Shown: piece after piece, positions 52,350 to 64,000 of the stretch | Layout: each line of letters starts with the position of its first letter | Position numbering within the stretch: position 1 is the stretch's first letter | Assembly: GCF_009914755.1 (NCBI RefSeq) | Contig: NC_060926.1 | Source of the DNA: the human T2T-CHM13v2.0 reference genome, Homo sapiens | Length of the DNA: 64,000 nt | Direction: 5' to 3' (one strand) | Translations under genes and position numbers: made by a program | The notes under the pieces: model-generated | The model's database searches: none | What the model was told of the DNA's origin: nothing | What the model saw: the letters and a program-made list of their open reading frames with translations, nothing else

Positions 52350-54010
52350 CAGCTTTTATTTATCTGGGAATATCTTAATTTCTCCTTCACTTTCAAAGAA
52401 CAGTTTTGCCAGATATAGGATTCTTGGTTCACAGTTTTGTTTTGCTTTATTTTTTTATTTTGGCACTTTGAATATATCAGCCCATTGCCTTCTGGCCTTC
52501 AAAGTTTCTGAAGAGAAATCTTAGCTAATCTTATTAAGGATGACATGTATGAATGACTTGCGTCTCTCTCACTACTTTTAAGATCCTCTCTTTGTCTTTT
52601 GACGGTTTGATTCTAATATGACTCAGTGGTTTCCCTTTGAATTCATCCTACTTTACATTTTTTGAATTTCTTGGAGTTTTATATTTATGTTTTCATTGAA
52701 CTTGGGAAATTTTCAGGTATTATTTTTTTCAAATAATCTCTGTCCCTTTCTCCTTCTCTTCTCCCTCTGAGACTTCCAAAATGTGTGTGTTCATTTGTTT
52801 GATGGTGTTCTATAGGTTCCTTAGGCACTATTTACTTTTCTCCAATCATTTTTTACTTTCTGTTCCTCAGACTCAGTAATTTCAATAGGTAAAAATCTTG
52901 ACCTATCTTCAAGCTCAGTAGTTCTTCCTCCTGTCTGCTCAGTTCTGTATTTTATTCCCTCTAGTAAATTTTTCATGTTAGTTATTTTATTTTTCAGCTC
53001 TAGAATTTGTTTGCAATTTTTAAGATTTTCTATGTCTTTGTTGCTATTTCCATTTTGTTCATTCATAGTTTTTTTCTTAATTTCTTCCTTTATTCTTAGA
53101 GCATTTTTAAGACAATTGTTTTAAAGTCTTTGTCTAGTAAGTTTGCCATCTGGTTTTTCTCTGGCACAGTTTCTATTTTTTTTTCCTTTAAATGAGTCAT
53201 ACTTTTTCCCAATTCTTTATATGTAATTTTTTTTTTGTTGAAAAATGGACATTTGAATTTAATGATATGGCAACTCTGGAAATCAGATTACCTCCCTTCC
53301 TAAGGATTGCTGTTTTTTGGTTTGACTTTTCATTTTTGTTCTTTTGGGTTCTTCTGATTGTTGCAGGCTGTCTTTGAGCCAGGGATCAGCCTGAGCTATA
53401 AATTTGAGGTCTTCTCAAGTTTATTCTGGGCTCATGCCTTTCCCTGAGTATGCACACCGACTTTCTAATTTCCTCTGCATATGCAGTTGCTTTTGAATGT
53501 CTAAATCTTTATTTTCTGGCTCCAAAAAAAGACAGAAGAAAAGAAAAGAAGAAAAATAAAGTGTGTGTGGGAAAGTTACCAGGCCTTTAAATCCTCCTCT
53601 TAGCTGGAGGGAAGAAGGGTTTGCAACAATGAGGAGAGGGTGAAATGATGAGTCCCCACCTCTGTATCTGCACCTACATGGTCAGAGACAGTAGTCAGAA
53701 ATCAAAACACAGGTCTCTGGTATTTGACACTTTGAGTCTTATTTGTCCATCATGGCTTCTACAAGCTGCATGCAAGCCTAACACAGTATGGGGAGTAGAG
53801 AAGATAGATAGTTGCTGCTAAACTAAAACTGACTAAAATTAACCATAATTTATCATCCAAGTCTTCCCTTAGAAGTTATACACCTTTAATAGACTCCAGA
53901 GATTAAAAATAGTTACTTCAGACAGATTGTATCAGTGCAATTATTGTCTATATAAAAAGACAGATTCCTGGTGCTTCCTTTTTTTAGATCTTCCCAGACT
54001 CCTCTTTGAA
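52350..54010 (-). mobile_element. Old L1 (L1M) ORF1/5' region
   Basis: Minus ORFs resemble L1 ORF1p (…ILELKNKITNMKNLLEG…IEITESEEQK…); aatcctatatctggcaaaactgttcttt corresponds to the RILYPAKLSF motif. Confidence 0.85.
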
Positions 54011-54060
54011 GATTATTTTTTATCCTAATCTACATATAGTTTCTTCAGATAAAGATCTGA

Positions 54061-54217
54061 ATAAAAAAAAGACTACGCATTGAGTACAATGTATACTGCT
54101 CGGGTGATGAGTGCACCAAAATCTCAGAAATCATCACTAAATCATTATTAAGAACTTATTCATGTAACCAAATACCACCTGCTCCCTAAAAACCTATTAA
54201 AATTAAACAAAAAAAAC
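54061..54217 (+). mobile_element. L1PB-type 3' terminal fragment
   Basis: aaaagactac..attg.gtaca.tgtatactgctcgggtgatg.gtgcaccaaaatctcagaaatca...catgtaaccaaataccacctg. Confidence 0.9.
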
Positions 54218-55399
54218 AGTGTGGAAAAAATTAAGAAGCATGGGAATTGTAAATAATCAAGGATGTATAATATCTATGAATTTTATAAGATACAATGAGA
54301 TAAATAGAAAACCTTAGACAGCTTTCTATCCGGTAAAAACAAATGGAATTGACCATCTATTGTTAAAAAAAGGACAGTTCTAAAGATCAGAGGTCAACTG
54401 TGAGTGATGTGAGAATATAATTAGCCACAGAATATTACAGTACTTCAATAAAGAAAGGCTCCTATAGTTAAAAACATACAAGTCAGACAAAGGAAGAACA
54501 ATACATCTATGATCCATAAAGAATTAATAAAGCAGAACAAAAAGGTATTCTGCAGATATAATTTGCCTGGATGTTTTGCAAAAACTTTTATGAAGAATTT
54601 TTCAAAAGAAAGTCATGGAAAATAAAGACCAAGGAGGATTTTGAATACAAATTAAAATTTCATTGTTTGAGATCAAAGAGTATACCTCTAATAAGCATTA
54701 AGAAAAAAAAGCATTTAAATGTAAGCATTTTAATGTATTAAAATTATTAAGATCACTGTTGCCCAATAGATTATATTAAACAACCTTAACTTAAAATGAA
54801 AAAATTGAATAAAAGTATAAAATCATTCAAAATTGTATCTATAGTGGAATTTCATCAAAGCTGTAAAATAACTCTAATTACCAAAATTATATCTATTTTT
54901 TAAACCTGTTTTCCTATTTAAGTTGATTACTCCGTGAGGTAATTTTTACTGCCCCAGTAATGCGATTCAAGTTTTTTACATCTTTCCACAGATTCTTTTA
55001 TTATGGAAAGAAGACACTAAAATACTATCCAGTTGAAAATGTAATTCCTTTCTTAATATATCCCAGGTTATTTTTGTTAGTAAGTGAAGTATTCAGGGAA
55101 AATATCTCTAGCATCCCCAAGTCTATAGAGTAGTGTGGGTAATGACCAATAAGGAACTATTTTGGGGTACATTCATTTATTATTTTGCTTGGGGCCCTCA
55201 GGCATACATATACACTTCCCTATCCCTAAAATACAAAATCTGCTACCCAAGAACAATTAAGAAAAAAAAAAAGAAGAAAGGAGGGACGAATTATGATAAT
55301 TTAATTACAATGCTGACAAATGTATACATGAAGTTCAAAGGTTATTCTCATATGCTCCTTCTAAGAGTACAAATTGTTATATAATTTGGTAAGATCCTT

Positions 55400-55985
55400 C
55401 TCTAGAATAAAAAACAATACAAGTTTAAAGCTTTAAGATTGGATAGTATTTTTGATCCTGTTTTTTTCCACCCTGACATTTATTTTAATAAATACATGAT
55501 GCATATGTAGAATATTTTATCTAAAAAGATGTTAGCCACCTTTTTCCTTATAACAGTGAAAAACGGAAACCTCTGCCTATAAGTAAGAGATGCATAAAAT
55601 AAGTATGGTGTATTCATATAAACTATATGCAACTAATAAAAATGATGGCCAAAGTTTTCACAGTAGACTGAGCAAAAAACTATGAGACAGTACACACATT
55701 TCTACTGTTTAAAAAAAAGTAGACATTTGTAAATTTGTACAAAAAGTAGAATGTTCTTAAAAAAGTAGAAATTTATTTGCATATTTAAGTTGACAAATTT
55801 GTTAACTTAAAAATCTAAGTAAATTCACATGCAAATAAATACATCTAGAATTATATATATATCAATATGTTTTTAGCATTTATCTCTGGATGGTGAGATT
55901 ATAAATTATTTTACTTTGTTCTTTGCTTCTCTTTGTATTCTATAAAGTTCCTACAATAAATACATATTACTTTTGGAATAAAAAA
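55400..55985 (+). mobile_element. L1ME-type 3' fragment
   Basis: aaataagtatggtgtattcata...tatctctggatggtgagattataaattatttttac...ttcctacaataaatacatattactttt. Confidence 0.65.
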
Positions 55986-56939
55986 GGAATAAAGGTTATT
56001 TCTAAAGTTAAAGTAAAAAAATTAACAGTCATATAATGTAAAATGAATGTGAAGATACCCTGAAAATACAGAGTAAAGGGATCTCTCTCTAGGTAGTAAA
56101 ACCAAGGGCTAAGTCTTTTTAGAGGCCCCATTAAATAAGTAGGATAGCAAGTAATACAGTGTATGAGAAAGGGCAAAGGTCTCAGCACTAGCGTGCCTGT
56201 GTTTTAGGTTAGGTTTTACCATTTAGTGGTTAAAGACTTTGGGTAATCATTGTTTGACTTTTCTTACTTTATTTTTTGTCCACCTATAAAAAATTACGTA
56301 AATGGTTCCTTGCCTTTTATCTTACGGGTTACCTCAATGTTCAAACATGTGCATGAATGTGGACACATTTTATAACTATAAAGCAATAATGTAAGTTTAT
56401 TAAAAAGTTGTTAAAATAACATTAAGGAGAAAAGCAGACAACCAAATAATAGCACAATTCAGTGAAAAAAGAAAAAAATAAACCAATACAATGTAAAGTT
56501 TCACACGCCATGTTTTAATCCTTATCTAGTTCCTTCATTGAAAGGAAATTATATGAGTATGTAAGATAACTATCAAATCCTACCCTTTTCCTAAAACATC
56601 CCCTTTCAAGTCAGTTGCAAGTAAACTCTTAACAACAACCACAGTACTGCTATTGGTTTGAATTACCTGCAACATGTAAAGCATATATGCGATTCACAAA
56701 CCACTAAAGTGCTATAAGAAAATGTCCTTTTGGTTGTCTCTTATGTACCACACAAATGCTAAAAGAACAATAACAACTAATATTTTCATTGAAAGTCTAT
56801 TATGTCCCTGGGGCTGTACTAAGTGCTTTGTATGTATTATCTTAGTTAAACCATTTAACCATCTTCTTAAGTAGGTGTTATTAAGTAGCCAATTCAAAGA
56901 CACATAGAGGTACACAGGTGGGGCAGGCATTAAAGCCTA

Positions 56940-57890
56940 TGTGCTTAATCACTACATAAAATGCCTTCTGTTTTGCAATATGAATGGATATTGTGGTGAA
57001 TAAGATATGGGCTCTGTCTCTAAGGCTACTGACATTTAACAGTGGAGGTAAGATATGCATGCATTCCCAAACAAAATTCAAGTTGAGATCATTTGGACTT
57101 CTCTCTAAGAGTAGTTGGCATTGTATCTGCGTCTTAACTTTAAGCGTTTTCACCAGTCATTCAGGCACAGAAAGTTATATATGTAAAGACAGAATATAAA
57201 AAAGATAAGCATAGGCGTTTATAATATTTACATATGAAATTATGTATGCAATATACACATTACATATTATTCCAGGAATACGTATTTTATTCATGAGCCA
57301 ACATTATGCTACTTGAGGGCAGAATGTGACCAATTCTTATTACAAGACTTTCACATAATATAGGACTTACACACTCAGAGGCAGATGCTGAATAAATGCC
57401 CTGAGCTGTGTTTTTAAGAATATTTGTTTCAAGGTACGAACATGACAGATTTGGCCATAGGGAAGGTGAAGCAGGGGAAAGGCTAGTAAGATAGACGAAA
57501 TGTTGTCCAGCAGCAGAAATGGAGGCAGTAAGAATGGAGAGGAAGAAACAATGCAAATAAAGTCCACCAGCGTTGGGCAGTCTGTAGTGAGAAAAGTTTA
57601 AAGATCTCTTTTAAAGTGGCACTCTGGATTTCCAAGGAAAACACTCTATTGTCAAGTAAAGTGAATGTGTTGCTTGGTAGGATGATCTTCTGAACACATT
57701 GAATTTGAGGTATTGAGGGGCCATTTCATGACTGGGATTAGAGCTGGGGATATGGATTTAGGAGTAATCCCCCGAGAGTGGATAGATGAAACCTTGGGAG
57801 TAGCTAGTAGGGGAGAGAAACAAGGAGGGCAATTATAAAAAAAAAGAAATGAAGCTGCTGGAGAAAGATCCTTCAGGAATATTTATAAGA
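56940..57890 (-). mobile_element. L2 fragments
   Basis: gtggtgaataagatatgggctctgtctctaagg; attgaatttgaggta...gagctggggatatggatttaggagt. Confidence 0.65.
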
Positions 57891-57894
57891 AGTT

Positions 57895-57896
<2 letters not shown>

Positions 57897-57940
<44 letters not shown>
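57897..57940. repeat. (GT)22 microsatellite
   Basis: Perfect dinucleotide run. Confidence 0.98.
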
Positions 57941-57942
<2 letters not shown>

Positions 57943-58906
57943 GGGGAGTCAAATTAGAGGAAGGAATTAAAGGGTCACAAGAATCTATCCATTTTCCACC
58001 ACATCTGATCCATAATTTCTAAAAGCTTAAATAGAATCCACATCATTGATAGATTTGTCTTTCTATAAGTCTGTGGAGCGTTCATCAGAGCCCACAGGAT
58101 GCAAAAGTAGTACAAAATGCCCATCAAAATATTCTCCAGCTTCAATCCATTTAACATAATTTAACTAAGGTAACATACCTTAGTTAAGACAATCATCACT
58201 ATTTGCTGACATTCATAGACAGTACATTTTCTTACAAGCATTTACTTCATAAAACACCAAGAGAAATTAAACTATGTTGGAACAGAGTGATGTCTAACAC
58301 AACTGGAAAAGGAAAAAAAGGGTTCTGGACATTGTTATCCCAATGTTAATGTCCTAATCTTGATTTTTCTTACAAAGCAACTGGTTTTCTTTGAAATGTC
58401 TAATTGATGAATACAATTAAAAACTAAAGTTCTTTGTGAAGGAAAAAAAACATTATCTTCAGAAACCAGGAAGCTGAGTGTTAAGCCATTGCTTTGTTTC
58501 AAATGCAGCTGTATCTTGTTGCATGATAGCATTTATGGCATCACCAGTGGAATATTGTTTTTAATAAGTGCAAAACTGGTGAAGACATTGGTCTCCTTTA
58601 GAAAGAAAAAGTTAATAATTTCTTCTCCACCACATATTGGCTACCCTGTTTATTAAAAGATAGACATTTTTGACATTTGGAAAGCAATAATTGATTCTAC
58701 AATATTATTAGGAGTCCATATAGATAGTGAACCTTTCCTGTCAGGATACGACAAAAAACGCGTAAGATAGGGACATCCAAGGATCACCTACCATTCATCA
58801 CACGCAAGGTAACTGCTTTCCCCTAAGTTCACTCAAGCAGAAAATGAACAGTTGCCAATGATGATCAGAGAGATAGAAAATGCTGCTTCCAGGAATGAAA
58901 GTCTCT

Positions 58907-58932
58907 TTGTTGTTGTTGTTGTTGTTGTTGTT
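58907..58932. repeat. (TTG)8 microsatellite
   Basis: Directly visible. Confidence 0.95.
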
Positions 58933-60089
58933 TTAAAGTTAAACCACTATTCTATATACTTTTGCTGAAATAGCAAGAGGGCCAGATTTGATAAGATCAC
59001 AGTCCTGGAACTGATCAGTTGCTCCTTGATGTGTTTACAGAATTTTACAATCATATAACCAACAGATGCTCAAAAGTAGCCTCAAAACCAACAAAGACAA
59101 ACATTCTGTTTTCAATCTTTGGTGAATTATTTTGAAGTTTCAAAGCATATTGCTCAGAATGGAATTTTACAAAGATAATCTTTAGATCTTAGTTATTTGG
59201 AGGATTATAAACTATACCAATTTACTGTTCTATCATTGGAAGAACTGCAAGTATTTTTTGCTCCCCACAAAACTAAATCTCCTCTGAAAATAGAAACCTA
59301 TTTCAATAATTCAATTTGTACTGCAATCAATACAAATTGATTGGGTGCAATAAAAAGTACAGCTAATTCTTAGAAATAAGCATGCTTATGTCATTAAGGC
59401 TAAAACTGCTAGCATGAGAAGCTCAAGTGAAATAAATAAAGTGTATTCTTATAATAAGCATTGCCAAGCCATTGGTAGTTGAAGACACTATTCAAAGATG
59501 CAACCTTGTCTTTCATTGGTGTTCTCTGTCTGCATAGAAAGGGCTGTGAAAGGAGAGATGCAAAAGAGGCAAAGAAATAGGAAAAATGTCTTGGGAGAAG
59601 GAAGGATGTTCCAATGATATGGAATAACAACAAAAAAGTTAACTTGGGACAAGTTATTATTTAATAATACTGGAGATAATTCCAAAAATATTTTGAATCA
59701 CATAATTATGCTGTGGAAGAAAAAAAAATTATTCAACGTCCAAGACTTTGTGTTTGTGAAAAAACTGTCCTCTTTATTTTATAGCCCATATATTCTAAAT
59801 GTTTACAAAGATAAACAACATTGTTTTTGTGACCATTAAAATATGATATGTGAGGAAGTATGCAGGGCTTGGGACTTGAAGATTCTGCATCAAATTCAGA
59901 ATAAATAACCTGTGATTTAGCTACAATTCGGGCCAATCCTTCATGGCTTTTTGACATCAAGAACTAGTATATAGTGAGGGATCAAAGGATGCAAAATTGA
60001 GTGTAATCAAGGATATATGATTTTTCTTCTATCAGGTAAGGTACAACTGCTAGTATTGATGAAATGACAACTTAAAAAAAGGCTTTCTG

Positions 60090-60410
<321 letters not shown>

Positions 60411-60989
60411 TCAGTAATCTGTTACAGAAAAATTTATAATAAGAAAATGTGAGTAGGTAAACACACCTAAATATACCTTAAAGATTGCTCAAAAAAAGAC
60501 TCAAGTGGATTAAGGACTTCCCAAAGTATTCTTAGTGGTGCTTGTCAAACACTATCCAGAAAGCCCTCGGTCAGGTTTGTAATCTTTTTGGTAGTGTTCA
60601 TTTGTTGCAATAAAATAAGTCAGCAGTTTTAACAAAGAAAAAAATTCTATAATGTTTACTGTTTAATACTAAACACAACAGTGTGAGATTATTTCCTGGG
60701 CTTTTAAAAATTATACATATCTTTTTTTTAGAAACCTTTACAAGGAATAGTAGCATCCTATGAAAAGTTGGCTTAATATTTGATTATATATGGTGTGTAT
60801 GATTATCTCCATAATTTGAGACATTAGGCTATTGGTCAGAAATGTGATCTCCACTGTAACAGCATTTTAGGGGAACAATTATATTTGATATTTCTGTTTT
60901 CAATTTATAGTGTCTATTCTAGAAATATAATCTGCCATAATCTGTCAAAACTGCCAAGACTGTTTGTAGTACTTCAGTGGTACTTTACA

Positions 60990-61715
60990 GCTAATATCAC
61001 CACCACCCACCACCCATCTGCATAATGCATTTAACCTTACAAAGAATACTTTTATCTATTATATTACTTCATTTTCAAAATGGTCTTATAAAACAGGTAG
61101 AGCAGGGATTTTAACTGAATTTCCATTATGAGGAAAATAAGGTAACAACCCATTCCTGGCAAAATCTAGACTAGAATTCAAATCATTTGGCTCCAAACTA
61201 ACACATGCTTCTCCAAAAAGCAGCCCAGTATTTCCAGCGACTTAATTTAATGAACAGATTCAAGACATGGGTTAAAAATGTTGAGGATGTCAGGCTGACT
61301 GTCACTGAGTATACTTCTTGGGTAAGGGGCATCCTTACTCCTGTTAAGATGATCTTACTAACAGCTAAAGCAGACTGGGAGAATTTTGACAGGAGAACTA
61401 CTATTCTTTTCAGACACAGATAGTTCCCTTTTGGTGAAACTTGTTGCAATGTTCCACAAAGTGTTACCGCATCTGGAAAGTCCATAATAATTTTGATTTA
61501 TCTGCACTGACAGTCAGCAGTACGTTATATTCACTGTTGCATAATATTATTATCTGTTGATCTTCCCAGTAGATAATATGTTCCTCAAAGGAAGAATCTT
61601 GCTTATTTTTTAACTCTGTTTAGTGCCAGCCATGTTGAAGTTGCTCAGTAAAATTTGTGGGAGGAATGAAGGCAGGAAGGCAGGCAGGCAGGAAGGAAAG
61701 GAAAGAAGGGAGGGG
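60990..61715. mobile_element. Cluster of MIR and L2 3' fragments ending in a (GAAG/GCAG)n tract
   Basis: atgaggaaaataagg...ctagaattcaaatc (MIR); gttgctcagtaaaatttgtgggaggaatgaagg (L2 tail). Confidence 0.6.
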
Positions 61716-62995
61716 ATGACGAAGTTTTGGAATTTTCTTTTGCAAAACACTCTGCTAATTGAATTTATGACACAAAAGAGTTCAGGGACAACAACAAGAA
61801 AAATGTTTGAAGTCATTGTAGCGAAAGAGTATCTCAAAAACAAGTAAGAGAATGACTTAATCCAACCACTTGATATGAAAATTACCAGTAATTAGCCTGT
61901 GTTAAAGAGATCAACTTTTTTACACAACTCAGCAGCAAATTGGTTAACTTAACCAAAGTTATGCCCAAATTGCTCCTTATCCAAACTGATTTCTATGTTT
62001 TGGTTTCATGAAACTGATCTATCATTCAGGACAATAAACTAAATAAGAACTAGGCGTTTTATATAGTGTTAAGGAAAAAACATCATTACTGGCACTAGTA
62101 TCAAATAATATTGCTTTCTTTGGCAAGCAACTCAAACTAGGAAAATGAATTTATTAAAACTCTTCATGGACCTTATATCAAGTCTGCAATCTCCTAAATG
62201 TAAAACTCTGCCTATAAACATTGTCAGGGTAAAATTTTGCCTTAAAACAGAGTAATTGCTTCTATTTCCTGTGATGTTTACACAGCAACTCCTTCAGAAT
62301 TACTCTTAAAAAGAAATAGAAAAGAAAATCAATAGCAACAGTGCACTATGAAATAAACTTTGTGGCAGAAATGGAACCAGAAGATTAAGATAAAACCATA
62401 AAAGTATGAAATAATAAAAAGGGCACCAAATTCACTCCATAAAAAAGACTAAACATGATTTCAAATGTATATTACACACACACACAATGGAATATAGACA
62501 TTTTGTATTTCACAAGAACATTTTTATAAAAAATAATTTGCAAAAATTAATCCAGTAGCAATTAATACTATTCTGCCTAACCTCATGGTATTGACAAACC
62601 TTAATCAGATATTATTTGTAAAAATATACTTTACAGCATTATTACAAATGTTTCATTTTCCAAATAAATTATCTTTGAAATATTTTTACTTTGTATAAAA
62701 TTTTTAAAATTCAAGAATCATATACTCTCTCTTGTTAAAAATGTCAACTACTAATTACACAACTTACTATAACTGCTTTTACTATTTGTATGCAACATTC
62801 TTCTTCATTATTTGTGTTCTACTTTGCTTGTTTTCCAAAGTCTCTGGAGATATTCTTGTAAGACAAATTTAAAACATTTATCAATTTTTATCTTAAATAT
62901 TAATTTGAGTTGAAAATTAGACATGTTTACCTTAAATACTGAGCAAAAATAATTTCAACTATATATAACAGTTATAGATCTATCAATCCAAAATG

Positions 62996-63021
<26 letters not shown>
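62996..63021. repeat. (TA)n microsatellite
   Basis: Directly visible. Confidence 0.95.
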
Positions 63022-63026
<5 letters not shown>

Positions 63027-63199
63027 ATACTAAATGTAGTATCTTAAGTAATTTTGAAACTAACATGAATTTCCAAATGCTTCTTTAGCCTAGCAGACGT
63101 CCAATGATACACGGTTGAAGGTAACTGCTTCAATGGCAATCAATCATTAACCATCAAATCCACTCAAGACTAGAATCAAACTTTCTTCTATTAAATTAC

Positions 63200-63247
63200 C
63201 CGCGCAAAACAACTGAGTTTTCCCATCCAAACCATTGGCCTCTGCAA
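63200..63247 (-). other. Candidate 48-nt (or 42-nt) cassette exon
   Basis: ttttccctctactcttacaAG|TTGCAG|AGG...GCGCGG|GTAATT; tandem acceptors 6 nt apart; open in all frames. Confidence 0.25.
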
Positions 63248-64000
63248 CTTGTAAGAGTAGAGGGAAAACAGACAGATCTACTTGATAATCAATTTAAAGG
63301 TTATCAAGGCTTTCTTTACTTTTGCTAACACAGTTTCTATTTTGAGCCTTCTTGGCCAATGTGCTTCTGCCTAAGTGTCACAATCTGTTTTAGGTCTTAG
63401 CTAAGAAAATGTCTTATATGGTTTTTACAGTTAAGGATTGACAACTGCCTTTTGCTTTTGTTGGTAAGCACTCCTCTAAAGTTCTCTTGCCTGATCAAAC
63501 CTCACAAAAATAGAAATTGGTCCTTATTCTGAATGTTTAAAAGTCCAGTAAGCATTTACTTTTTCTTGACGTGTGTTAACATATACACGTTTTGATCTAC
63601 TCTTGAAGTAATTAATTTAGGAAAGTGAATTACCAATACTGTACAAACACATGATGCCATATGGATTTTCAGGGCTGAACCAAGTTCATAAGCAAGATGG
63701 CAATGAGGAGACATCTATACTTTATCTTATTGCAACTACCACTTTGAGCTAAGTACACAGAGCTTGAAGGAGAAATCATTACTTGCTTCTTTGGAAACCA
63801 AATCCATCCTCTCAAACCCTATGGTTTTCCCTTCCCTTTGTTAGGCCATACTGATTTACATTGTATTTCAGTATTGAAATTTACATCAGACCAATTTCAC
63901 ATTGTTTAGTAACTTGTGATTTATGTAGTATTAAGATTAATTCCATTATGACCAATATCCTGTCATATCATTTAATTACATTGACATTTATTGTAATTAC

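Overview
AT-rich, CpG-poor primate (probably human) nuclear genomic DNA; it is not microbial. It holds 8 near-full-length Alus (several with readable target-site duplications), many old L1/L2/MIR/CR1 fragments, hAT and Tigger DNA-transposon relics, a MaLR LTR and microsatellites. None of the supplied ORFs is a credible stand-alone gene: they are Alu, L1 or low-complexity read-throughs or chance frames. I saw no rRNA, tRNA, CRISPR array or CpG island. Most L1s and Alus point in the + direction and the + strand looks A-rich by eye, so the window probably lies in the introns and 3' region of a long minus-strand transcription unit that I cannot name. The best non-repeat signal is a cluster of short minus-strand exon-like cassettes between ~0.4 and 16 kb (acceptor, early stop, often a nearby AATAAA), resembling an alternative-last-exon array. 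There are also several repeat-free, motif-dense enhancer-like blocks, one strong CTCF motif, two unusual hairpins and some rearranged transposon junctions. I cannot support a claim of a new biological system. Repeat subfamily names come from remembered consensus sequences, and boundaries of old repeats are approximate.
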